In this document: positions 9,308 to 18,024 of the stretch, piece after piece
How positions within the stretch are numbered: position 1 is the first letter of the stretch
How the letters are laid out: each line of letters begins with the position of its first letter
Source: an uncultured Muribaculaceae bacterium
GTDB taxonomy: Bacteria; Bacteroidota; Bacteroidia; Bacteroidales; Muribaculaceae
Direction of reading: 5' to 3'
Assembly: GCA_910587475.1 (NCBI GenBank)
Contig: CAJUMR010000008.1
Span: 16,947 to 80,946 of the forward strand
Length of the DNA: 64,000 nt
The notes under the pieces: generated by a model
The model's input: the letters and a program-made list of their open reading frames with translations, nothing else
What the model was told of the DNA's origin: nothing
Database searches by the model: none
Translations under genes and position numbers: made by a program

Positions 9308-10745
9308 GACTGCGGTGGAGCAGGTAGTCGACGGTTTCGCGGAATACTGTCGACCGTCCGAGCCACATGATCAGGCAGTAAAGTCCGGCGGCCAACACAA
9401 TTTTAAGGATAAGAGAAATGACAATGTCGGTGATCTGAGAGGTCGCCAGCCATGTCACAGCCATGACCAAAGCGGCCACCGCCAAGTAGGGGAGCAGATC
9501 GGCGAGGACATGGCGCAGACTCAGACCGGTCTCGCGCCGGGCGTAATGATGCCAGACAAACAGCCATGCGATGTTGACGGTCACGTAGGCGATCAGCATC
9601 GTGTCGAGACCGAAGCGGTAGGTGACGAGCATCAGAGCTATCTGGGTTATGCCGATGGCAATCGTGTTCCACATGTAGATGGCCGGCCGGCCTATGCTGT
9701 TGAATAGATTGCCGTAAAGGGTTGTGATCGGCATGAACGCTCCACCGATGCAAAGTATCTGCATGATAGGCACGGCCATCAACCACTTGGCGGTCACGGA
9801 AATGACGATCAGTTCGCGGGCTACTAATGCGAGCCCGAGCATGGCCGGGAAGCTTACAAAGGCCGAGAAGCGGAGCATCTTGCGGAACACGCGGTGGAGC
9901 CGTTGTGGGTCGTCGACGGTGTGGCGCATCACGGGCTGTCCGACGCTGTTGATCATGCCGGACAGGGTAGAGTAGCCCATTGTTGTCCATTTGTTGCCCT
10001 GAGTGTAGAAGCCTGTCTGGGTCATGCCGTAGAAACGGCCGAGGAGCACCGAGAAGAAGTTGTTGTTGAAGTGGGTGAAAATAGCCACAGCCATCTGCTT
10101 GGCGCTGAATGGGATCATGTCGCGTATGGCCTTGAAAGAGAACGACATCTCGGGGCGCCAGTCGACCGACAGCCACAGCATCACGGTGAGCGACGTGGAA
10201 TAGATGACGGTCTGGGCCGCGATGCCCCAGTAGCCGAGGCCGGCCATGGCGCATGCTATGCCGCCGACGCCTGAAATGGCTACAGAGGCGAGGAGTATCT
10301 TGCTCCGCTGCTTGATCTTGAGGTTGCGGAATAGATAGGCCGACGGGGTAGATCCCAACGCACCGATGAAGAAGCCAAGGAAAAGAAAGCGCGCGAGTGG
10401 CACCATGGCCGGCGTGTGGTAGAAGCGGGCGATCGGCTCCGCGAGAAAGAAGAGCGCGACATAGAACGCGGCTCCTACGGCTGCGTTGAACCAGAACACT
10501 GAACTGTAGTCGGTCAGGGTGACGTTTTTACGGTTGACAATGGCGAGAGTGAAGCCGCTCTCGGTGAAAATGCCTGCGATTGCCGAAAAAATGGCGAGAG
10601 CCCCGACCACTCCGTAGTCGTCGGGCGAGAGTATGCGCGAGAGGATAATGCCGAATGCGAGGTTGAGCAGCTGCATGCCGCCCGACCCGATGCCTCCCCA
10701 CAGGAGCCCTTTTGCTGTCTTTTGTTTGAGATTGCTGTCGGCCAT
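9294..10745 (-). CDS. Wzx/WzxC-type polysaccharide flippase
   Basis: 483 aa, about 12-14 TM helices, N-terminal LKQKTAKGLLW...ILSRILSPDDYG motif. Confidence 0.85.
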   Translation of the reverse strand: MADSNLKQKTAKGLLWGGIGSGGMQLLNLAFGIILSRILSPDDYGVVGALAIFSAIAGIFTESGFTLAIVNRKNVTLTDYSSVFWFNAAVGAAFYVALFFLAEPIARFYHTPAMVPLARFLFLGFFIGALGSTPSAYLFRNLKIKQRSKILLASVAISGVGGIACAMAGLGYWGIAAQTVIYSTSLTVMLWLSVDWRPEMSFSFKAIRDMIPFSAKQMAVAIFTHFNNNFFSVLLGRFYGMTQTGFYTQGNKWTTMGYSTLSGMINSVGQPVMRHTVDDPQRLHRVFRKMLRFSAFVSFPAMLGLALVARELIVISVTAKWLMAVPIMQILCIGGAFMPITTLYGNLFNSIGRPAIYMWNTIAIGITQIALMLVTYRFGLDTMLIAYVTVNIAWLFVWHHYARRETGLSLRHVLADLLPYLAVAALVMAVTWLATSQITDIVISLILKIVLAAGLYCLIMWLGRSTVFRETVDYLLHRSPIAE

Positions 10746-10798
10746 GTCGCAAAGTTACGCATAATAGTTGTAAAATGTGTCACCCGACGGCGGTTATG

Positions 10799-11002
10799 TC
10801 AGGGAGTGTATTCGAGAATGTCGGCCGGCTGGCAGTCGAGAGCCCGGCAGATAGCGTCGAGGGTTGAAAAGCGTATGGCCTTGGCCTTGCCGGTTTTAAG
10901 TATCGAGAGATTGGCCAATGTTATGCCAACTTTCTCTGACAACTCGACCAAAGTCATCTTGCGTCGGGCCATCACGACGTCTAAGTTTACGATTATTGCC
11001 AT
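10799..11002 (-). CDS. Cro/CI-type HTH regulator (YozG-like)
   Basis: MAIIVNLDVVMARRKM...NLSILKTGKAKAIRFSTLDAICRALDCQPADILEY is the classic YozG-family sequence. Confidence 0.9.
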   Translation of the reverse strand: MAIIVNLDVVMARRKMTLVELSEKVGITLANLSILKTGKAKAIRFSTLDAICRALDCQPADILEYTP

Positions 11003-11008
11003 GCGTTA

Positions 11009-11515
11009 TCAGATTGTGAGTTTCTGGTCTTCGTATAATTGTCCGCCGATCTTATATAGAAAAGCAAATAAGATAAGCAGCAGACTTATCAGGGTGAATT
11101 GAGATTGTGCGATGGGTATTAATATGATGCGCCAGTCTATGGCGAAGTCTCTTATGACCCGTTGGCGGATCACTGTAGTGTACGGGATGATAAACGTGCA
11201 GGCCGATGCGGCGAGCAGCCATAGATGATTTCTTGATGAAAAAATCTGTCCGCGCTTTAGATTGCGTAATATGAAACTCAGAAAGATTAAAATAAAGATG
11301 AATGTCAGACATTGGAACGCACACCCGTAAAATTTGAGTGTTTGTGCTTGAGATATCTGTTCGGCTGAGCAGGCGTATTTCGTAGCCCAGGAAAAATCAC
11401 TTACGTGCCAGTCTCTTATGTAGGCGTTGTAGAAAACATAGCCGAAGGTAAGAGCGCAGAATGCCCAGCTTGTTAAGACAGTGCGTCGGATTGGTTTGAG
11501 ATTTTCAGGTTTCAT
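11009..11515 (-). CDS. DUF2975 (YoaS-like) membrane protein
   Basis: 4 TM helices, GQIFS..N motif and C-terminal EDQKLTI, immediately upstream of the YozG-like HTH gene (the usual pairing). Confidence 0.8.
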   Translation of the reverse strand: MKPENLKPIRRTVLTSWAFCALTFGYVFYNAYIRDWHVSDFSWATKYACSAEQISQAQTLKFYGCAFQCLTFIFILIFLSFILRNLKRGQIFSSRNHLWLLAASACTFIIPYTTVIRQRVIRDFAIDWRIILIPIAQSQFTLISLLLILFAFLYKIGGQLYEDQKLTI

Positions 11516-11842
11516 AGAATTATGTATTGAAAGTTGATAAATATTTATCGATTATCGATATGCAAAGTTAGCGTAAAATTTTTACTGCGCAAAAATAATG
11601 GGCATAAATTTCACCGTCTATAATTTTATTTGCGTGTCCTTGCATTGGTGATAAAACAGTCTTCCGTATTTCTCATTGGCTGAATAGTAACAAAATGGTG
11701 TAGTTTGGTATATACATATAACGCAAATCGAGTAGATAAGCTTTTTTAACTTAAAATATTTGTAAAATACCTAAGCAATTCTCAAATTTGCATCACAGAC
11801 ATTTTAACTATCCTTGATACAACCTAATAATATCTAACGTCC

Positions 11843-12964
11843 ATGAAGTCCTCCCGCAATTTACATGATCACTGCTTTAAAAATAGATTGCTTGTCACAT
11901 TTTCACTTGTGTGTGCGCTGATATTCGGCTCATGCACAACAAAAAATGCCACGGTTGAATGTGGTGAGGTCACATATATATCCACATTCCCCGAAAATGT
12001 GCATCTGGAGAGTCTCCGGCCATTGAAACTTTACGGAATGGAAGGTATGGTTGATTTTAAGGCTGATGATTCCATAATTGTCGGCATATTTCAGCAATCT
12101 CCATTTCTTAAAATCTACTCCATGAACTCGGCGGCACCTCTTGGCGAGTTTATCAATAAGGGGCAGGGACCAGATGATTTCACAGCCATGCCATCAAACA
12201 TATCTGTGAGGCGATCGCCCACCGCATCGGTCGTAAGTATGCTCGACTATCGTAAAAACCGATATTTCGAAATGAACGCTGAAGCCTCTGTCAAAGCTCA
12301 ACATGAGGTATATGACACGGTGATTGAATCTCCGTCTTTTAAGGGGGTGAGATATATCATACCTATAAACAATGGTGATACATTATTCTGGGATGACAAT
12401 TACTGGACTAAAAGCTTCAACAGGCGTATGGGATCAGGTTCGGAAACGCGAAGTATATCCAACTTAGGCAACCTTGAGGCTGACTGGAGTGAATACGAAG
12501 ACAATATGCTGAGCATGCTTGTGGCATACAATCACGAATCCGGCATCGTCGCAGAGGCGATGACTCATCTCAATCAGATTAATCTGTTCAGTCTTTCAGA
12601 CTCGACTATAAGAAAGACAATATGCGTAGGTGACAAATTGTCAAATGTCGCGGAAGAAGATGGTTATGGCCGACGAAAGAGACTTATTGCATATCAAGGC
12701 ATACAGCCCGTAAAAGATATGTTTGCGCTGCTTTATGTCGGTATGCGTGAAGCCGATTACATTAAAGCTGAACATGGAACCCAACTGCAGTTTTTTTCAT
12801 CAGCAGGCGAACCGTTGCTATGCGTCAGCATACCACTTCCTGTAAATTCATTTTTTATTGACAGCACAGGACGCCTGTATTTGTTCAGCAGCATGGAAGA
12901 AACTGAGACAATGTACACGTGCGACATTGAAGAAGTGAAGCGGTTGCTTACTATAACAATATAG
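11843..12964 (+). CDS. BF3164/TolB-like six-bladed beta-propeller lipoprotein
   Basis: Lipobox FGSC, KGQGPDDF motif, beta-rich repeats, C-terminal LQFFSSAGEP. Confidence 0.65.
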   Translation: MKSSRNLHDHCFKNRLLVTFSLVCALIFGSCTTKNATVECGEVTYISTFPENVHLESLRPLKLYGMEGMVDFKADDSIIVGIFQQSPFLKIYSMNSAAPLGEFINKGQGPDDFTAMPSNISVRRSPTASVVSMLDYRKNRYFEMNAEASVKAQHEVYDTVIESPSFKGVRYIIPINNGDTLFWDDNYWTKSFNRRMGSGSETRSISNLGNLEADWSEYEDNMLSMLVAYNHESGIVAEAMTHLNQINLFSLSDSTIRKTICVGDKLSNVAEEDGYGRRKRLIAYQGIQPVKDMFALLYVGMREADYIKAEHGTQLQFFSSAGEPLLCVSIPLPVNSFFIDSTGRLYLFSSMEETETMYTCDIEEVKRLLTITI

Positions 12965-13128
12965 AAGAAGAGACTTACATCTCTCTAAATAATAAAAGTA
13001 TGAATTAGTACGAGAGAATTTTCATGATGGATGAAAATGGCGCCAGGAGTGGTGGTGATTTGGCCGGGCAGTTTCAGCCGCTACGTCGACATATTCTATC
13101 ATGAAAAAATCGGTAAACCAAAAGTGGA

Positions 13129-14172
13129 ATGCAAAAGATCATGAGTAGAGTTGTAATATTATGCGGAATTATTCTTGCATTTATTAGATGCTCTCATAAA
13201 AACGAACTGACAAATAGCCGGGATAAAGATCTCCCGGCCTTAACTACTATCGTATTAGATTCAATGAGAATGGATGCGACATTCTATCCCTTTGGATGGA
13301 CTGTCAATGGCGACATACTGTGGGCTTTGAGTAGACAAGATTCATTGTTTCTCACAGGCTATGACCGTAACCAAAATCTAAAACCAATCATTCGCTGGGG
13401 ACGTATCGGACAAGGTCCGGATGACTATATTGTACCTGGTATAATCTCAAAATGCCAGAATAATTATGTCGGATTATACAGTAATACCGCTAATAAAAGT
13501 GTTGAGTATAACCTAAAAGATGGTAATTTGATAGAAATTTCGAAAAACTCATTCCCAATCTGGCATGAGGATAGAAAAATTCCCAAACCCTACACGCGCG
13601 TTATCAAAGCAAATGATTCAATTTTTATCGGGGTGTACTTTTTGCCAAGAGAACCGGGGGCTGATATTTTTAATCTAAAGAATCAGAATATCTCATATAC
13701 AGTCACTCCCAGTTTTAAGCCTGAAGATGAGATGTCTGGACCATATGAGTTTAATCTTGATATTTCAAACAACTACATAGCTGTCGCATACAGGTATATC
13801 GACAGGATGGAATTTTATAAACTAAATAATGATCATATTCCTGAAATATTACATTCAATCGGTGATATCAAAAGTCAAAAAGATCTCTACAACGAAGACC
13901 GTGATGACGAGATGATAAAATATTATTCTGATATAAGTTGTGTTTCAGGAAATGCTTACGCGTTATATCAAGGTGTCAAAGAGGAAAATTTGGAGGATGC
14001 TCATACCCATCTCGAAATTTTCGATATGGAGAATGGTAAATGCATAGCTAATATCGCCTTAGACAAATATTATACAAACATTATTGCCACGATGGACAGC
14101 ATGATTTATCTTTACAGCCCAAACATGGACGATTATGTGTACATTTCGGATTGTTCTGCCATAAATAAGTGA
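13129..14172 (+). CDS. BF3164/TolB-like six-bladed beta-propeller lipoprotein
   Basis: Hydrophobic N-terminus ending in Cys (FIRC), GRIGQGPDDY, KYYSDISC and LEIFDMENG motifs; very AT-rich. Confidence 0.65.
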   Translation: MQKIMSRVVILCGIILAFIRCSHKNELTNSRDKDLPALTTIVLDSMRMDATFYPFGWTVNGDILWALSRQDSLFLTGYDRNQNLKPIIRWGRIGQGPDDYIVPGIISKCQNNYVGLYSNTANKSVEYNLKDGNLIEISKNSFPIWHEDRKIPKPYTRVIKANDSIFIGVYFLPREPGADIFNLKNQNISYTVTPSFKPEDEMSGPYEFNLDISNNYIAVAYRYIDRMEFYKLNNDHIPEILHSIGDIKSQKDLYNEDRDDEMIKYYSDISCVSGNAYALYQGVKEENLEDAHTHLEIFDMENGKCIANIALDKYYTNIIATMDSMIYLYSPNMDDYVYISDCSAINK

Positions 14173-14380
14173 CATTATATAATTCACCAATCTATGGGAC
14201 GGAAAGTTGCCGCAACTGTTTTTGTAGAATATAAGATCCCCGACAACGCCATATTGCTGTCAAGAGATGTCACAAAAGGCTTTGAGGAGAGAATTTTCAC
14301 AATTGCACCCGGCGGAGAGCAGATATGACGTTGATTCTGTCCACAAATAAATCAATATTAACTTCAAAAACATTTTTCTC

Positions 14381-14545
14381 ATGAAAAAGAAAAGTATTCT
14401 TACAGCGGCGGCACCTGCGACCATCGCTTCTGCCGGACTCTTCGCCTTGACAGACACCAACCAAAACGAAGATCTCAGCGACATCCAGCTCGCAAACATC
14501 GAAGCACTAAATACGTACTCAAACAACACAGCTCATTATGAATAG
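14381..14545 (+). CDS. Short NVEALA-like secreted peptide (54 aa, not in ORF track; lacks the Cys core)
   Basis: Manual translation: MKKKSILTAAAPATIASAGLFALTDTNQNEDLSDIQLANIEALNTYSNNTAHYE*; LSDIQLANIEAL matches the NVEALA motif; 3' end overlaps the next ATG (14538). Confidence 0.7.
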   Translation: MKKKSILTAAAPATIASAGLFALTDTNQNEDLSDIQLANIEALNTYSNNTAHYE

Positions 14546-15599
14546 ATTAACAACATCAATCATTGCCACTGCCGCTGCAGCTGCAGTGGCATTTTCTTCT
14601 TGCTCAGACAGTAACAGGAAGCAGCAAAAGGAACACGAAGCAGACTTTACAACATTTCCGCAGACTGTAAAAATCGACATCAGCGAAGCCATTGACATGG
14701 ATAAGGTTTTTGAACATAAAGGACTTGTCAGCTTCGAAGAAAACACTGAAAACATCATCGGCAGTCTGCACAATATCGTTGTAAGGGGGGATACAATTTT
14801 TGCCATTGACCCATATAAAAACCCGGGCATATACGCCTATCTCAAGGACGGCCGGCAACTGTTTGCCTACTGCAGCGTCGGCAACGGTCCGGGTGATCTG
14901 ATTGCGCCGACCTGCATATCGGTTACAGACGATGAGGTCTCGACCTACGACGGAGCACAATTTAAAATCATAGTCATAGGTAAAGACGGCAAATACCGCA
15001 GAAGCATTGATGTGCCTCCGATGACTCTCAATGCCATACTCGACACCGAGGGTAACGTATGGGCTGATTTCTCGAATCAAGATCTCGCCGACGAACGCAT
15101 CATGTGGAAAGCCCCGGATGATACCGCTTATTCGACCGTGATGGAGGTTCCCGATCTGTTGAAAGGTATGACGCTGATAGTAATGGAAGCGTTGCAGAAC
15201 CTGCCCGACGGCACGGTAGGATATACTCCGGCCATGGAACCGCGCATCTACACCTTGGCCGACGGCAAGATTGCCGAAAGATACAATCTCGATTTCAACG
15301 GCCTCTGGCCCGACGACGAAACATTCAAGACTGAGTTCACAGGCAACGCATGGGCGCCAAAGAGCAATTACTTTCCAGTGAAATCGCTGCGCTACAACGA
15401 AAGCGACAGATACTTGGTGATCCGATTCATCAACGATAACATGACATATCTGTATATCCTCGACAAAGCGAGCGGACGCGCGAAAATCGTGCGGGTCAAC
15501 ACTGATCTGTACTGGGGCTGTGTTTTCGTAAACGATGACGAAATTTATATGAGCCGCAAAGATGACTGTCTGGAAATAATGACCATCAACTCACTCTAA
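14538..15599 (+). CDS. Six-bladed beta-propeller lipoprotein (DUF5128-like)
   Basis: Lipobox FSSC, VGNGPGDL motif, IIVIGKDGKYRRSI blade repeats. Confidence 0.7.
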   Translation: MNRLTTSIIATAAAAAVAFSSCSDSNRKQQKEHEADFTTFPQTVKIDISEAIDMDKVFEHKGLVSFEENTENIIGSLHNIVVRGDTIFAIDPYKNPGIYAYLKDGRQLFAYCSVGNGPGDLIAPTCISVTDDEVSTYDGAQFKIIVIGKDGKYRRSIDVPPMTLNAILDTEGNVWADFSNQDLADERIMWKAPDDTAYSTVMEVPDLLKGMTLIVMEALQNLPDGTVGYTPAMEPRIYTLADGKIAERYNLDFNGLWPDDETFKTEFTGNAWAPKSNYFPVKSLRYNESDRYLVIRFINDNMTYLYILDKASGRAKIVRVNTDLYWGCVFVNDDEIYMSRKDDCLEIMTINSL

Positions 15600-15784
15600 A
15601 GCTCGGTTTTATAAACCACAATTGCTCCAGCGGTTGCATCCTTGAGCCGGATTTGCCCATTTGGTGATGGAGCATAGCTAATCTATGCGACTGAGCCAAA
15701 GGGGCGAAGGCGGCCAAGGAGGCAATGCTAAGGTAGCTTTTTTTGCATGCCAATATTTTTATGTTGTTTTTTTAACTAAAAATA

Positions 15785-15817
15785 TTTGCAACCCGCACAT
15801 TGAATGGTATAATTTTG
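15785..15817 (+). promoter_or_regulatory. Bacteroidetes -33/-7 promoter for the first peptide-lipoprotein cassette
   Basis: TTTG at 15785-15788 and TAATTTTG at 15810-15817, upstream of the ATG at 15840. Confidence 0.55.
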
Positions 15818-15839
15818 TGAAACAACTAATTATCAGCGT

Positions 15840-16100
15840 ATGAAAAAAATTTTTATATCATCGGCTTTGATCATAGGAATCGCATCATTGTACCAATTTG
15901 TAAATAAAACCGACGCCACAGATGGTGACATGCAACTATCAGACATTGAAGCCCTAAGTGACTGCGAAGTGCGCAATAGCGATGGCACACTTATCAAAAA
16001 GTGTGTCGGCGACGAACCTGTTTGTCATAAAATGCAAATTGGGTCAGCCACTGTCTCATGTTTCGGCAAACAAGTATACACCGAATTGAAGGAGGTCTGA
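15840..16100 (+). CDS. NVEALA-like secreted Cys-rich peptide (copy 1)
   Basis: Signal-like N-terminus, LSDIEALSD motif, C-x12-C-x6-C-x11-C core. Confidence 0.8.
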   Translation: MKKIFISSALIIGIASLYQFVNKTDATDGDMQLSDIEALSDCEVRNSDGTLIKKCVGDEPVCHKMQIGSATVSCFGKQVYTELKEV

Positions 16101-17212
16101 TGTTTTCAATGTCTATATTGTCCAATCTTCTATCATGCCGGTTGATGCAAAAAAACATCGTGGCGATCGGCATGATGTTACTTTTGATCATATCCGCATC
16201 GTCTTGCAGAAACAACGACTGCGACACCGACGATTGCATAGTCTACGGCAAGGAGATACTGGATAATGCGGTTGCACTGTCCAACAAAGTCATCGAGCTG
16301 CCGGATGATTACATTTATGCAAAACGTTTCTGGTTGATTTCCGATACGATGCTCGTTATTGAAAACCGCAAGGAGGCCGGTAACTTTTTAGACATTGTCA
16401 ACCCCGTCAACGGCAAGAAATATTCGTCACTGCTGGCCTACGGCGAAGGACCCGAGGAAATGATAATGTGCGGCATCTATTATGACGGGCACTATCTCAC
16501 TGCGGTCGATTATGTCCGTTCAAGATACGCCAGGTTCACTCCCTGTGAAGCGTCGCAACCGGGCTTCAAGCCCCGTTATATCGACTATCCCAGAGAAATC
16601 GGTGTGACAACTCCGCCGATCGGCATTGGAGACACGACTTACATTGTAAATCCTTATCACTACATCAACCGATCGAATGATATTGTCCAGGATGTCGACC
16701 GATTTTTTGTAATCGATAACAACCGCCCCGACTCTATCGTCATCGAACCAGGGCTGTTGTACACCCACAATGTCGACCAGCCTGTGCCTCTTGTTGATGA
16801 GGTCAACCGACACATATGGCTGTTCAGAAGAGAACGCCCGATAATTGATATATATGACTATAATACCCACAAAATTAAAAGCGTCATAATTAACACCGAA
16901 TTGGACAGAGACCATGATGTTGTCATTGATGAAAACACCGTGATATATCGCGGTAAATACCCCAGTGCATATTTAAGGGCAATCATCGACTATGACAACA
17001 GTGAAATTCTGGCGGCGTTCAGTGGTGATCTTTCCAAACCTGAGGTCTCTGAATCAATTCCGTCCAAAATCCTCGTTTTCGACTTGGACGGCAATTTCAA
17101 GCGGGCCTACCAATGCCAATCCTATCTTTACAGCCTCTCCCAAACAGTCGACGGTCTCTTTGCGACTGTCCGTGATGACGAAAATATGCCTGTCTTTGTA
17201 AAAGTGGAATGA
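16100..17212 (+). CDS. BF3164/TolB-like beta-propeller lipoprotein (copy 1)
   Basis: Start taken at the TGATG overlap with the peptide stop; lipobox ASSC followed by an acidic stretch, YGEGPEEM and ILVFDLDGNF motifs. Confidence 0.75.
   Translation: MFSMSILSNLLSCRLMQKNIVAIGMMLLLIISASSCRNNDCDTDDCIVYGKEILDNAVALSNKVIELPDDYIYAKRFWLISDTMLVIENRKEAGNFLDIVNPVNGKKYSSLLAYGEGPEEMIMCGIYYDGHYLTAVDYVRSRYARFTPCEASQPGFKPRYIDYPREIGVTTPPIGIGDTTYIVNPYHYINRSNDIVQDVDRFFVIDNNRPDSIVIEPGLLYTHNVDQPVPLVDEVNRHIWLFRRERPIIDIYDYNTHKIKSVIINTELDRDHDVVIDENTVIYRGKYPSAYLRAIIDYDNSEILAAFSGDLSKPEVSESIPSKILVFDLDGNFKRAYQCQSYLYSLSQTVDGLFATVRDDENMPVFVKVE
16162..16753 (+). repeat. Direct repeat copy 1 (~592 bp, identical to 18086-18677)
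   Basis: By-eye comparison: identical from ggcgatcggcatgatg to catcgaaccaggg at offset 1924; the encoded protein segments are identical in the ORF track. Confidence 0.85.
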
Positions 17213-17219
17213 ATCGGAC

Positions 17220-17675
17220 ATGAAAAATCTTATTGTATTATCACTCACGTTATTGATGTTTTCTTCTTGTAAAGAAAAAGAAAACTCAACCGAAGCAGAA
17301 TTACCGGTATTCGAGCCAATCGAAACTGATTTGCCTCTAAAGAAAAACATAGCTGACAGTCTGGCGATTTCTGCCCGAGGAACTGACTATCTATTTGTGG
17401 TAGACGCAGATTGTAGCCTGTGTTTATCTGTGTTGTTCAAAGAATTGGATTTCATCGATTGCGAAGATGTGTCAAGGTTTATTATTGTAGCGTCGCCCGC
17501 TTCCGAACCCACAATAAAATATTACATGAGAGAAACTCATTCCGATTTAGTAGATCGAACGACAATATTGATAGGACCAGAAGTACTCATTGCTCCATTA
17601 GAAGATTTCAACGGAAACTTCTACAAGCTTGTTGATGGTTTGTGTGTCGCCGGATGGGAGTATTGGGGAGAATAA
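17220..17675 (+). CDS. CxxC-containing lipoprotein, probable thioredoxin-like fold
   Basis: Lipobox FSSC; LFVVDADCSLCL (beta-strand followed by CxxC). Confidence 0.55.
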   Translation: MKNLIVLSLTLLMFSSCKEKENSTEAELPVFEPIETDLPLKKNIADSLAISARGTDYLFVVDADCSLCLSVLFKELDFIDCEDVSRFIIVASPASEPTIKYYMRETHSDLVDRTTILIGPEVLIAPLEDFNGNFYKLVDGLCVAGWEYWGE

Positions 17676-17760
17676 ATCCTACGCAGCTTAATATACTTCA
17701 AATCGCTAATAATTCACCTTTTTAGAATACACCTTTTATCAACATTTAAATTTTACTACG

Positions 17761-18024
17761 ATGAAAAAAGTTTTTACGGCTTCAGCTCTGTTTATTGCTG
17801 CTGCAATTTCATTCTATTTGGCAAACGATTCAACTGCAGACGAAAATGGCCTTCAGTTTTCTGATGTGGAGGCGTTAAGCGATTGCGAGATGTACAATAG
17901 CGACGGTACATTATTCAAAAAATGCGTAGGCAAGGAGAATGTTTGCCATAAAATTTCCATGGGATCTGGATTTTTCTATTGCTATGGTGAACAGGTTTAT
18001 CCCAAATTGGAGGAGGAGAGCTGA
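17761..18024 (+). CDS. NVEALA-like secreted Cys-rich peptide (copy 2)
   Basis: Paralog of 15840-16100; FSDVEALSD motif and the same 4-Cys spacing. Confidence 0.8.
   Translation: MKKVFTASALFIAAAISFYLANDSTADENGLQFSDVEALSDCEMYNSDGTLFKKCVGKENVCHKISMGSGFFYCYGEQVYPKLEEES

Noticed and set aside
13024..13104. 26-aa ORF (MMDENGARSGG...) and a gagagaattttca 13-mer shared with about 14287-14299
   Set aside because: No signal peptide or NVEALA motif; the match is too short to call a repeat or gene remnant without an alignment.
14194..14328. 44-aa ORF MGRKVAATVFVEYKIP... between lipoprotein genes
   Set aside because: No recognisable motif; could be a gene fragment but cannot be supported.
15600..15750. 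GC-richer intergenic stretch ending in a short hairpin and T-run
   Set aside because: The 4-bp stem is too weak to call a terminator or ncRNA with confidence.
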